Both the position numbers and the translations under genes were made by a program. From the NCBI GenBank assembly GCA_951406725.2, contig OX597814.1, positions 8,494,001-8,558,000 of the forward strand: a DNA stretch of 64,000 nt, given 5' to 3'. Position 1 is the first letter of the stretch. Every line of letters starts with the position of its first letter. This DNA comes from Octopus vulgaris. Its lineage: Eukaryota. Below are positions 10,765 through 24,655 of this stretch, piece after piece. Under the pieces are notes generated by a model. That model was not told the origin of the DNA. It worked only from the letters and a program-made list of their open reading frames with translations, and ran no database searches.

Positions 10765-13700
10765 AAATTCCAGTCATGTTTATGGTCAATAAAATAAGTA
10801 CCAGTTGAGCACTGGGGTTGATGCAATTGACTTATCCACTCTCCTGAAATTGCTGGCCTTGTGCCAAAATTTGAAACCAAGATTCCAGTGATGTTTATGG
10901 TCAATAGAATAAGTAACAGTTGAGCACTGGGGTTGATGTAATTGACTTAGCCACTCTCCTGAAATTGCTGGCCTTGTGCCAAAATTTGAAACCAAAATTC
11001 CAGTGATGTTTATGGTCAATAAAATAAGTACAAGTTGAGCACTGGGGTTGATGTAATTGACTTAGCCACTCTCCTGAAATTGCTGGCCTTGTGCCAAAAT
11101 TTGAAACCAAAATTCCAGTGATGTTTATGGTCAATAAAATAAGTACCAGTTGAGCACTGGGGTTGATGTAATTGACTTAGCCACTCTCCTAAAATTGCTG
11201 GCCTTGTGCCAAAATTTGAAACCAAAATTCCAGTGATGTTTGTGGTCAATAAAATAAGTACCAGTTGAGCACTGGGGTTGATGTAATTGACTTAGCCACT
11301 CTCCTGAAAGTGCTGGCCTTGTGCCAAAATTTAAAACCAAAATTCCAGTGATGTTTATGGTCAATAAAATAAGTACTAGTTGAACACTGGGTTTGATTTA
11401 ATTGACTTAGCCACTCTCCTGAAATTGCTGGCCTTGTGCCAAAATTTAAAACCAAAATTCCAGTGATGTTTATGGTCAATAAAATAAGTACCAGTTGAGC
11501 ACTGGGGTTGATGTAATTGACTTAGCCACTCTCCGGAAATTGCTGGCCTTGTGCCAAAATTTGAAACCAAGATTCCAGTGATGTTTATGGTCAATAAAAT
11601 AAGTACCAGTTGAGCACTGGGGTTGATGTAATTGACTTAGCCACTCTCCTGAAATTGCTGGCCTTGTGCCAAAATTTGAAACCAAAATTCCAGTGATGTT
11701 TATGGTCAATAAAATAAGTACCAGTTGAGCACTGGGGTTGATGTAATTGACTTAGCCACTCTCCTGAAATTGCTGGCCTTGTGCCAAAATTTGAAACCAA
11801 TATTCCAGTGATGTTTATGGTCAATAAAATAAGTACCAGTTGAGCACTGGGGTTGATGTAATTGACTTAGCCACTCTCCGAAATTGCTGGCCTTGTGCCA
11901 AAATTTGAAACCAAATTCCAGTGATGTTTATGGTCAATAAAATAAGTACCAGTTGAGCACTGGGGTTGATGTAATTGACTTAGCCACTCTCCTGAAATTG
12001 CTGGCCTTGTGCCAAAATTTGAAACCAAATTCCAGTGATGTTTATGGTCAATAAAATAAGTACCAGTTGAGCACTGGGGTTGATGTAATTGACTTAGTCA
12101 CTCTCCTAAAATTGCTGGCCTTGTGCCAAAATTTGAAACCAAAATTCCAGTGATGTTTATGGTCAATAAAATAAGTACCAGCTGAGCACTGGGGTTGATG
12201 TAATTGACTTAGTCACTCTCCTGAAATTGCTGGCCTTCTGCCAAAATTTAAAACCAAAATTCCAGTGATGTTTATGGTCAATAAAATAAGTACCAGTTGA
12301 GCACTGGGGTTGATGTAATTGACTTAGCCACTCTCCTGAAATTGCTGGCCTTCTGCCAAAATTTGAAACCAAAATTCCAGTGATGTTTATGGTCAATAAA
12401 ATAAGTACCAGTTGAGCACTGGGGTTGATGTAATTGACTTAGCCACTCTCCGGAAATTGCTGGCCTTGTGCCAAAATTTGAAACCAAAATTCCAGTGATG
12501 TTTATGGTCAATAAAATAAGTACCAGTTGAGCACTGGGGTTGATGTAATTGACTTAGCCACTCTCCTGAAATTGCTGGCCTTGTGCCAAAATTTGAAACA
12601 AAATTCCAGTGATGTTTATGGTCAATAAAATAAGTACCAGTTGAGCACTGGGGTTGATGTAATTGACTTAGCCACTCTCCTGAAATTGCTGGCCTTGTGC
12701 CAAAATTTGAAACCAAAATTCCAGTGATGTTTATGGTCAATAAAATAAGTACCAGTTGAGCACTGGGGTTGATGTAATTGACTTAGTCCACTCTCCTGAA
12801 ATTGCTGGCCTTGTGCCAAAATTTGAAACCAAGATTCCAGTGATGTTTATGGTCAATATAATAAGTACCAGTTGTGCACTGGGGTTGATGTAATTGACTT
12901 AGTCACTCTCCTGAAATTGCTGGCCTTGTGCCAAAATTTGAAACCAAAATTCCAGTGATGTTTATGGTCAATAAAATAAGTACCAGTTGAGCACTGGGGT
13001 TGATGTAATTGACTTAGCCACTCTCCGGAAATTGCTGGCCTTGTGCCAAAATTTAAAACCAAAATTCCAGTGATGTTTATGGTCAATAAAATAAGTACCA
13101 GTTGAGCACTGGGGTTGATGTAATTGACTTAGTCACTCTCCTGAAATTGCTGGCCTTGTGCCAAAATTTGAAACCAAAATTCCAGTGATGTTTATGGTCA
13201 ATAAAATAAGTACCAGTTGAGCACTGGGGTTGATGTAATTGACTTAGCCACTCTCCTGAAATTGCTGGCCTTGTGCCAAAATTTAAAACCAAAATTCCAG
13301 TGATGTTTATGGTCAATAAAATAAGTACCAGTTGAGCACTGGGGTTGATGTAATTGACTTAGCCACTCTCCTGAAATTGCTGGCCTTGTGCCAAAATTTG
13401 AAACCAAAATTCCAGTGATGTTTATGGTCAATAAAATAAGTACCAGTTGAGCACTGGGGTTGATGTAATTGACTTATAGCCACTCTCCTGAATTGCTGGC
13501 CTTGTGCCAAAATTTGAAACCAAAATTCCAGTGATGTTTATGGTCAATAAAATAAGTACCAGTTGAGCACTGGGGTTGATGTAATTGACTTAGCCACTCT
13601 CCTGAAATTGCTGGCCTTGTGCCAAAATTTGAAACCAAAATTCCAGTGATGTTTATGGTCAATAAAATAAGTACCAGTTGAGCACTGGGGTTGATGTAAT

Positions 13701-16700
13701 TGACTTAGACACTCTCCTGAAATTGCTGGCCTTGTGCCAAAATTTGAAACCAAAATTCCAGTGATGTTTGTGGTCAATAAAATAAGTACCAGTTGAGCAC
13801 TGGGGTTGATGCAATTGACTTATCCACTCTCCTGAAATTGCTGGCCTTGTGCCAAAATTTGAAACCAAAATTCCAGTGATGTTTATGGTCAATAAAATAA
13901 GTACCAGTTGAGCACTGGGGTTGATGTAATTGACTTAGACCACTCTCCTGAAATTGCTGGCCTTGTGCCAAAATTTGAAACCAAAATTCCAGTGATGTTT
14001 ATGGTCAATAAAATAAGTACCAGTTGAGCACTGGGGTTGATGTAATTGACTTAGCCACTCTCCTGAAATTGCTGGCCTTGTGCCAAAATTTGAAACCAAA
14101 ATTCCAGTGATGTTTATGGTCAATAAAATAAGTAGCAGTTGAGCACTGGGGTTGATGTAATTGACTTAGCCACTCTCCTGAAATTGCTGGCCTTGTGCCA
14201 AAATTTGAAAGCAACATTCCAGTGATGTTTATGGTCAATAAAATAAGTAGCAGTTGAGCACTGGGGTTGATGTAATTGACTTAGCCACTCTCCTGAAATT
14301 GCTGGCCTTGTGCCAAAATTTGAAACCAAATTCCAGTGATGTTTATGGTCAATAAAATAAGTACCAGTTGAGCACTGGGGTTGATGTAATTGACTTAACC
14401 ACTCTCCTGAAATTGCTGGCCTTGTGCCAAAATTTGAAACCAAATTCCAGTGATGTTTATGGTCAATAAAATAAGTACCAGTTGAGCACTGGGGTTGATG
14501 TAATTGACTTAGCCACTCTCCTGAAATTGCTGGCCTTGTGCCAAAATTTGAAACCAAATTCCAGTGATGTTTATGGTCAATAAAATAAGTACCAGTTGAG
14601 CACTGGGGTTGATGTAATTGACTTAGACACTCTCCTGAAATTGCTGGCCTTGTGCCAAAATTTGAAACCAAATTCCAGTGATGTTTATGGTCAATAAAAT
14701 AAGTACCAGTTGAGCACTGGGGTTGATGTAATTGACTTAGCCACTCTCCTGAAATTGCTGGCCTTGTGCTAAAATTTGAAACCAAGATTCCAGTGATGTT
14801 TATGGTCAATAAAATAAGTACCAGTTGAGCACTGGGGTTGATGTAATTGACTTAGCCACTCTCCTGAAATTGCTGGCCTTGTGCCAAAATTTGAAACCAA
14901 AATTCCAGTGATGTTTATGGTCAATAAAATAAGTACCAGTTGAGCACTGGGGTTGATGTAATTGACTTAGCCACTCTCCTGAAATTGCTGGCCTTGTGCC
15001 AAAATTTGAAACCAAAATTCCAGTGATGTTTATGGTCAATAAAATAAGTACCAGTTGAGCACTGGGGTTGATGTAATTGACTTAGCCACTCTCCTGAAAT
15101 TGCTGGCCTTGTGCCAAAATTTGAAACCAAAATTCCAGTGATGTTTATGGTCAATAAAATAAGTACCAGTTGAGCACTGGGGTTGATGTAATTGACTTAG
15201 CCACTCTCCTGAAATTGCTGGCCTTGTGCCAAAATTTGAAACCAAAATTCCAGTGATGTTTATGGTCAATAAAATAAGTACCAGTTGAGCACTGGGGTTG
15301 ATGTAATTGACTTAGCCACTCTCCTGAAATTGCTGGCCTTGTGCCAAAATTTGAAACCAAAATTCCAGTGATGTTTATGGTCAATAAAATAAGTACCAGT
15401 TGAGCACTGGGGTTGATGTAATTGACTTAGCCACTCTCCTGAAATTGCTGGCCTTGTGCCAAAATTTGAAACCAAGATTCCAGTGATGTTTATGGTCAAT
15501 AAAATAAGTACCAGTTGAGCACTGGGGTTGATGTAATTGACTTAACCACTCTCCTGAAATTGCTGGCCTTGTGCCAAAATTTGAAACCAAGATTCCAGTG
15601 ATGTTTATGGTCAATAAAATAAGTACCAGTTGAGCACTGGGGTTGATGTAATTGACTTAGCCACTCTCCTCAAATTGCTGGCCTTCTACCAAAATTTAAA
15701 ACCAAAATTCCAGTGATGTTTATGGTCAATAAAATAAGTACCAGTTGAGCACTGGGGTTGATGTAATTGACTTAGTCACTCTCCTGAAATTGCTGGCCTT
15801 GTGCCAAAATTTGAAAGCAACATTCCAGTGATGTTTATGGTCAATAAAATAAGTACCAGTTGAGCACTGGGGTTGATGTAATTGACTTAGCCACTCTCCT
15901 GAAATTGCTGGCCTTGTGCCAAAATTTGAAACCAAAATTCCAGTGATGTTTATGGTCAATAAAATAAGTACCAGTTGAGCACTGGGGTTGATGTAATTGA
16001 CTTAGCCACTCTCCTGAAATTGCTGGCCTTGTGCCAAAATTTGAAACCAAAATTCCAGTGATGTTTATGGTCAATAAAATAAGTACCAGTTGAGCACTGG
16101 GGTTGATGTAATTGACTTAGCCACTCTCCTGAAATTGCTGGCCTTGTGCCAAAATTTGAAACCAAAATTCCAGTGATGTTTATGGTCAATAAAATAAGTA
16201 CCAGTTGAGCACTGGGGTTGATGTAATTGACTTAGCCACTCTCCTGAAATTGCTGGCCTTGTGCCAAAATTTGAAACCAAAATTCCAGTGATGTTTATGG
16301 TCAATAAAATAAGTACCAGTTGAGCACTGGGGTTGATGTAATTGACTTAGCCACTCTCCTGAAATTGCTGGCCTTGTGCCAAAATTTGAAACCAAAATTC
16401 CAGTGATGTTTATGGTCAATAAAATAAGTACCAGTTGAGCACTGGGGTTGATGTAATTGACTTAGCCACTCTCCTGAAATTGCTGGCCTTGTGCCAAAAT
16501 TTGAAACCAAAATTCCAGTGATGTTTATGGTCAATAAAATAAGTACCAGTTGAGCACTGGGGTTGATGTAATTGACTTAGCCACTCTCCTGAAATTGCTG
16601 GCCTTGTGCCAAAATTTGAAACCAAAATTCCAGTGATGTTTATGGTCAATAAAATAAGTACCAGTTGAGCACTGGGGTTGATGTAATTGACTTAGCCACT

Positions 16701-19700
16701 CTCCTGAAATTGCTGGCCTTGTGCCAAAATTTGAAACCAAAATTCCAGTGATGTTTATGGTCAATAAAATAAGTACCAGTTGAGCACTGGAGTTGATGTA
16801 ATTGACTTAGCTGCTTCCCTGAAATTGCTGGCCTTGTGCCAAAATTTGAAACCAAAATTCCAGTGATGTTTATGGTCAATAAAATAAGTACCAGTTGAGC
16901 ACTGGGGTTGATGTAATTGACTTAGCCACTCTCCTGAAATTGCTGGCCTTGTGCCAAAATTTGAAACCAAAATTCCAGTGATGTTTATGGTCAATAAAAT
17001 AAGTACCAGTTGAGCACTGGGGTTGATGTAATTGACTTAGCCACTCTCCTGAAATTGCTGGCCTTGTGCCAAAATTTGAAACCAAAATTCCAGTGATGTT
17101 TATGGTCAATAAAATAAGTACCAGTTGAGCACTGGGGTTGATGTAATTGACTTAGCCACTCTCCTGAAATTGCTGGCCTTGTGCCAAAATTTGAAACCAA
17201 AATTCCAGTGATGTTTATGGTCAATAAAATAAGTACCAGTTGAGCACTGGGGTTGATGTAATTGACTTAGACACTCTCCTGAAATTGCTGGCCTTGTGCC
17301 AAAATTTGAAACCAAAATTCCAGTGATGTTTATGGTCAATAAAATAAGTACCAGTTGAGCACTGGGGTTGATGTAATTGACTTAGCCACTCTCCTGAAAT
17401 TGCTGGCCTTGTGCCAAAATTTGAAACCAAAATTCCAGTGATGTTTATGGTCAATAAAATAAGTACCAGTTGAGCACTGGGGTTGATGTAATTGACTTAG
17501 CCACTCTCCTGAAATTGCTGGCCTTGTGCCAAAATTTGAAACCAAAATTCCAGTGATGTTTATGGTCAATAAAATAAGTACCAGTTGAGCACTGGGGTTG
17601 ATGTAATTGACTTAGCCACTCTCCTAAATTGCTGGCCTTGTGCCAAAATTTGAAACCAAAATTCCAGTGATGTTTATGGTCAATAAAATAAGTACCAGTT
17701 GAGCACTGGGGTTGATGTAATTGACTTAGCCACTCTCCTGAAATTGCTGGCCTTGTGCCAAAATTTGAAACCAAAATTCCAGTGATGTTTATGGTCAATA
17801 AAATAAGTACCAGTTGAGCACTGGGGTTGATGTAATTGACTTAGCCACTCTCCTGAAATTGCTGGCCTTGTGCCAAAATTTGAAACCAAAATTCCAGTGA
17901 TGTTTATGGTCAATAAAATAAGTACCAGTTGAGCACTGGGGTTGATGTAATTGACTTAGCCACTCTCCTGAAATTGCTGGCCTTGTGCCAAAATTTGAAA
18001 CCAAAATTCCAGTGATGTTTATGGTCAATAAAATAAGTACCAGTTGAGCACTGGCGTTGATGTAATTGACTTAGCCACTCTCCTGAAATTGCTGGCCTTG
18101 TGCCAAAATTTGAAACCAATATTCCAGTGATGTTTATGGTCAATAAAATAAGTACCAGTTGAGCACTGGGGTTGATGTAATTGACTTTGCCACTCTCCTG
18201 AAATTGCTGGCCTTGTGCCAAAATTTGAAACCAAAATTCCAGTGATGTTTATGGTCAATAAAATAAGTACCAGTTGAGCACTGGGGTTGATGTAATTGAC
18301 TTAGACACTCTCCTGAAATTGCTGGCCTTGTGCCAAAATTTGAAACCAAAATTCCAGTGATGTTTATGGTCAATAAAATAAGTACCAGTTGAGCACTGGG
18401 GTTGATGTAATTGACTTAGCCACTCTCCTGAAATTGCTGGCCTTGTGCCAAAATTTGAAACCAAAATTCCAGTGATGTTTATGGTCAATAAAATAAGTAC
18501 CAGTTGAGCACTGGGGTTGATGTAATTGACTTAGCCACTCTCCTGAAATTGCTGGCCTTGTGCCAAAATTTGAAACCAAAATTCCAGTGATGTTTATGGT
18601 CAATAAAATAAGTACCAGTTGAGCACTGGGGTTGATGTAATTGACTTAGCCACTCTCCTGAAATTGCTGGCCTTGTGCCAAAATTTGAAACCAAAATTCC
18701 AGTGATGTTTATGGTCAATAAAATAAGTACCAGTTGAGCACTGGGGTTGATGTAATTGACTTAGCCACTCTCCTGAAATTGCTGGCCTTGTGCCAAAATT
18801 TGAAACCAAAATTCCAGTGATGTTTATGGTCAATAAAATAAGTACCAGTTGAGCACTGGGGTTGATGTAATTGACTTAGCCACTCTCCTGAAATTGCTGG
18901 CCTTGTGCCAAAATTTGAAACCAAAATTCCAGTGATGTTTATGGTCAATAAAATAAGTACCAGTTGAGCACTGGGGTTGATGTAATTGACTTAGCCACTC
19001 TCCTGAAATTGCTGGCCTTGTGCCAAAATTTGAAACCAAAATTCCAGTGATGTTTATGGTCAATAAAATAAGTACCAGTTGAGCACTGGGGTTGATGTAA
19101 TTGACTTAGCCACTCTCCTGAAATTGCTGGCCTTGTGCCAAAATTTGAAACCAAAATTCCAGTGATGTTTATGGTCAATAAAATAAGTACCAGTTGAGCA
19201 CTGGGGTTGATGTAATTGACTTAGCCACTCTCCTGAAATTGCTGGCCTTGTGCCAAAATTTGAAACCAAAATTCCAGTGATGTTTATGGTCAATAAAATA
19301 AGTACCAGTTGAGCACTGGGGTTGATGTAATTGACTTAGCCACTCTCCTGAAATTGCTGGCCTTGTGCCAAAATTTGAAACCAAAATTCCAGTGATGTTT
19401 ATGGTCAATAAAATAAGTACCAGTTGAGCACTGGGGTTGATGTAATTGACTTAGCCACTCTCCTGAAATTGCTGGCCTTGTGCCAAAATTTGAAACCAAA
19501 ATTCCAGTAATGTTTATGGTCAATAAAATAAGTACCAGTTGAGCACTGGGGTTGATGTAATTGACTTAGCCACTCTCCTGAAATTGCTGGCCTTGTGCCA
19601 AAATTTGAAACCAAAATTCCAGTGATGTTTATGGTCAATAAAATAAGTACCAGTTGAGCACTGGGGTTGATGTAATTGACTTAGCCACTCTCCTGAAATT

Positions 19701-22700
19701 GCTGGCCTTGTGCCAAAATTTGAAACCAAAATTCCAGTGATGTTTATGGTCAATAAAATAAGTACCAGTTGAGCACTGGGGTTGATGTAATTGACTTAGC
19801 CACTCTCCTGAAATTGCTGGCCTTGTGCCAAAATTTGAAACCAAAATTCCAGTGATGTTTATGGTCAATAAAATAAGTACCAGTTGAGCACTGGGGTTGA
19901 TGTAATTGACTTAGCCACTCTCCTGAAATTGCTGGCCTTGTGCCAAAATTTGAAACCAAAATTCCAGTGATGTTTATGGTCAATAAAATAAGTACCAGTT
20001 GAGCACTGGGGTTGATGTAATTGACTTAGCCACTCTCCTGAAATTGCTGGCCTTGTGCCAAAATTTGAAACCAAAATTCCAGTGATGTTTATGGTCAATA
20101 AAATAAGTACCAGTTGAGCACTGGGGTTGATGTAATTGACTTAGCCACTCTCCTGAAATTGCTGGCCTTGTGCCAAAATTTGAAACCAAAATTCCAGTGA
20201 TGTTTATGGTCAATAAAATAAGTACCAGTTGAGCACTGGGGTTGATGTAATTGACTTAGCCACTCTCCTGAAATTGCTGGCCTTGTGCCAAAATTTGAAA
20301 CCAAAATTCCAGTGATGTTTATGGTCAATAAAATAAGTACCAGTTGAGCACTGGGGTTGATGTAATTGACTTAGCCACTCTCCTGAAATTGCTGGCCTTG
20401 TGCCAAAATTTGAAACCAAAATTCCAGTGATGTTTATGGTCAATAAAATAAGTACCAGTTGAGCACTGGGGTTGATGTAATTGACTTAGCCACTCTCCTG
20501 AAATTGCTGGCCTTGTGCCAAAATTTGAAACCAAAATTCCAGTGATGTTTATGGTCAATAAAATAAGTACCAGTTGAGCACTGGGGTTGATGTAATTGAC
20601 TTAGCCACTCTCCTGAAATTGCTGGCCTTGTGCCAAAATTTGAAACCAAAATTCCAGTGATGTTTATGGTCAATAAAATAAGTACCAGTTGAGCACTGGG
20701 GTTGATGTAATTGACTTAGCCACTCTCCTGAAATTGCTGGCCTTGTGCCAAAATTTGAAACCAAAATTCCAGTGATGTTTATGGTCAATAAAATAAGTAC
20801 CAGTTGAGCACTGGGGTTGATGTAATTGACTTAGCCACTCTCCTGAAATTGCTGGCCTTGTGCCAAAATTTGAAACCAAAATTCCAGTGATGTTTATGGT
20901 CAATAAAATAAGTACCAGTTGAGCACTGGGGTTGATGTAATTGACTTAGCCACTCTCCTGAAATTGCTGGCCTTGTGCCAAAATTTGAAACCAAAATTCC
21001 AGTGATGTTTATGGTCAATAAAATAAGTACCAGTTGAGCACTGGGGTTGATGTAATTGACTTAGCCACTCTCCTGAAATTGCTGGCCTTGTGCCAAAATT
21101 TGAAACCAAAATTCCAGTGATGTTTATGGTCAATAAAATAAGTACCAGTTGAGCACTGGGGTTGATGTAATTGACTTAGCCACTCTCCTGAAATTGCTGG
21201 CCTTGTGCCAAAATTTGAAACCAAAATTCCAGTGATGTTTATGGTCAATAAAATAAGTACCAGTTGAGCACTGGGGTTGATGTAATTGACTTAGCCACTC
21301 TCCTGAAATTGCTGGCCTTGTGCCAAAATTTGAAACCAAAATTCCAGTGATGTTTATGGTCAATAAAATAAGTACCAGTTGAGCACTGGGGTTGATGTAA
21401 TTGACTTAGCCACTCTCCTGAAATTGCTGGTCTTGTGCCAAAATTTGAAACCAAAATTCCAGTGATGTTTATGGTCAATAAAATAAGTACCAGTTGAGCA
21501 CTGGGGTTGATGTAATTGACTTAGCCACTCTCCTGAAATTGCTGGTCTTGTGCCAAAATTTGAAACCAAAATTCCAGTGATGTTTATGGTCAATAAAATA
21601 AGTACCAGTTGAGCACTGGGGTTGATGTAATTGACTTAGCCACTCTCCTGAAATTGCTGGTTTGTGCCAAAATTTGAAACCAACATTCCAGTGATGTTTA
21701 TGGTCAATAAAATAAGTACCAGTTGAGCACTGGGGTTGATGTAATTGACTTAGCCACTCTCCTGAAATTGCTGGTCTTGTGCCAAAATTTGAAACCAAAA
21801 TTCCAGTGATGTTTATGGTCAATAAAATAAGTACCAGTTGAGCACTGGGGTTGATGTAATTGACTTAGCCACTCTCCTGAAATTGCTGGCCTTGTGCCAA
21901 AATTTGAAAGCAAAATTCCAGTGATGTTTATGGTCAATAAAATAAGTACCAGTTGAGCACTGGGGTTGATGTAATTGACTTAGCCACTCTCCTGAAATTG
22001 CTGGTTTTGTGCCAAAATTTGAAAGCAAAATTCCAGTGATGTTTATGGTCAATAAAATAAGTACCAGTTGAGCACTGGGGTTGATGTAATTGACTTAGAC
22101 ACTCTCCTGAAATTGCTGGTTTCGTGCCAAAATTTGAAAGCAAAATTCCAGTGATGTTTATGGTCAATAAAATAAGTACCAGTTGAGCACTGGGGTTGAT
22201 GTAATTGACTTAGACACTCTCCTGAAATTGCTGGCCTTGTGCCAAAATTTGAAAGCAAAATTCCAGTGATGTTTATGGTCAATAAAATAAGTACCAGTTG
22301 AGCACTGGGGTTGATGTAATTGACTTAGCCACTCTCCTGAAATTGCTGGCCTTGTGCCAAAATTTGAAACCAACATTCCAGTGATGTTTATGGTCAATAC
22401 AATAAGTACCAGTTGAGCACTGGGGTTGATGTAATTGACTTAGACACTCTCCTGAAATTGCTGGCCTTGTGCCAAAATTTGAAACCAACATTCCAGTGAT
22501 GTTTATGGTCAATAAAATAAGTACCAGTTGAGCACTGGGGTTGATGTAATTGACTTAGCCACTCTCCTGAAATTGCTGGTCTTGTGCCAAAATTTGAAAC
22601 CAACATTCCAGTGATGTTTATGGTCAATACAATAAGTACCAGTTGAGCACTGGGGTTGATGTAATTGACTTAGCCACTCTCCTGAAATTGCTGGTCTTGT

Positions 22701-23019
22701 GCCAAAATTTGAAACCAAAATTCCAGTGATGTTTATGGTCAATAAAATAAGTACCAGTTGAGCACTGGGGTTGATGTAATTGACTTAGTCACTCTCCTGA
22801 AATTGCTGTTCTTGTGCCATAATTTTAAACCAAAATTCCAGTGATGTTTATGGTCAATAAAATAAGTACCAGTTGAGCACTGGGGTTGATGTAATTGACT
22901 TAGCCACTCTCCTGAAATTGCTGGTCTTGTGCCAAAATTTGAAACCAACATTCCAGTGATGTTTATGGTCAATAAAATAAGTACCAGTTGAGCACTGGGG
23001 TTGATGTAATTGACTTTAG
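10765..23019. repeat. Intronic tandem satellite, 115-bp unit, ~106 copies, SINE-derived
   Basis: Unit aaaattccagtgatgtttatggtcaataaaataagtaccagttgagcactggggttgatgtaattgacttagccactctcctgaaattgctggccttgtgccaaaatttgaaacc; the ORF track recurs every 115 nt; no unique spacers. Confidence 0.97.
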
Positions 23020-24490
23020 CAACATCGACTGGAAGGTGTGAAGTTAGATGTTCAACCATTCTGGGAACCACCTGAAGAAAATACCATTTCAAGACAGCAA
23101 GTCCATGACTATTTACTACCTTTCAAGTTCTATCTGACCTTTTTAAAGAAACATAAAATCATAGTTTGTGATGACCAATTAAAGAAATGGGCTGAAGTAA
23201 TATGGAAAGATTCCAAGAATAATACACTGAAATTAAAATATTCTGAAGAAAATTCTGAGCAAATTGAACAATGTTTGGAAGAGTTATTAAATTCCATTAT
23301 TGTTGAAATTATTGATGTTCCAACAGATATTTTTGAAGATGTTGCTAGAACATTTAAAAGTGAAGAGGATAAGATGTATTTTTATTTTGATAACCGGAAT
23401 TTCCAAGCTAATATTTTGGGATTTGATAAAAGTAATGTGATTAAAATGAAAAACAGACTTTTGGATAATCTTAGAAGGAAATGTGAGTTTAATTTAAATA
23501 TTCATGAAAGACGTATTCTATCTGGACACAGATTTTTTGAGCAGGCAGAAGGACAATTTGAAGGTCTACAAGTCAGGATTCATGGTAACAAAGTTATTTT
23601 TGAAGGCCAGTATTCTGAAGTAGCTACTTGTCACAAGTATATGTATAAAATTCTTCAATCAATGGTTAAATCTGAATTGCCTTTGCCTTTAAATACTGGA
23701 ATGATCATAAATAAAAAACAAGTGAAAGAATATCTTGATGTAAAACTGAGAAGCAAGAAATGTATTGGTTCATGGGAAACGGGTGATGGTGATTCAGTAT
23801 TACTTTATGCAAGTGATAAAACACATCTTTCACTTCTGGAAGAAATCATGAAAGAAACTTTTGTTGCCAATACACTGGATTTTGTAGACAAAATTAAGGA
23901 TACTCCAAATCATGGAAAGTGGCTGACATTTGTTGAAAGTCTAAAAGAAGAGTTTCCAGATTTCTGTTTTATTGGAGAAAATTCTATTGTTGCTGTTGAT
24001 TTTGTAGTTAATTATATAAAAAGCAAAATTGATAACTTTGAGCAATCTTTAATTTACGAATCTTATATATCGATGCCTCTTGAACATTTCCTCTTTCTTA
24101 AAGAGTTCAAAGAACAGGAAATCAATGACTTTGGTGAGAAAAATAAAATTAAGAATGTGTGTCTCAAAGATAATAAGTTACACCTGGAAGGAACACAAGA
24201 GCAACTTATGAAAATGGAGATATTTATAGAAAATTTAAGAAAAGATATCAGTTCAAAAGAAGCCCAGAAAACTGAAGAAGGAAACAATTTCTCATGGGAA
24301 AAGCAGATGAAATCTGAGAGTAAAAAATTATATCCAGCTTTAGGAAGTGAAACAAAAGAAATAGTTAACGTTAATTATAAGAACTGTGAAATAGTGTTGA
24401 GGGAAGGTGACATCACGACTCTGGACACAGATGCTGCAAATGGCAGACGGGAACACAGAGGAGGAGTTGCTGCAGCCATTGTACAGAAAG
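23020..24490 (+). CDS. Large internal exon of PARP14-like gene: end of RRM, KH-like segments, N-terminal part of a macro domain
   Basis: Open frame from QHRLEGVKLDVQPFWE to EIVLREGDITTLDTDAANGRREHRGGVAAAIVQK; donor AAAG|gttagt (phase 1). The 5' boundary is uncertain because it abuts the satellite (tttag|, phase 0). Confidence 0.85.
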
Positions 24491-24534
24491 GTTAGTAATA
24501 CCATTTTTTATAGGTAATGTTTCTTTTTAGATCC

Positions 24535-24655
24535 AAGTGTGGATGAGAAGCTTGCTTCCTGATCACGTGGTTTCAGGTTCAATTCCACTCACAGCATTTT
24601 GGACAAGTGTCTTCTGCTTTAGGTCAGTGTTTGGCCAAAGCCTTGGGAGTGGATT
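24535..24655 (+). mobile_element. tRNA-SINE head fragment
   Basis: gtgtggatgagaagcttgcttcc...ggttcaattccact is similar to the head of the SINE at 660-1078. Confidence 0.55.

Noticed and set aside
10765-23019. CRISPR-like array or tandem 77-aa ORFs (MTINITG...)
   Set aside because: There are no unique spacers and no cas genes, and the context is eukaryotic. The ORFs begin at non-ATG codons and arise because the 115-nt unit shifts frame each repeat.
10820-23019. TGACTTAGC in each satellite unit as an ARE/AP-1-like enhancer array
   Set aside because: A short degenerate match likely by chance, with no supporting evidence in the sequence.
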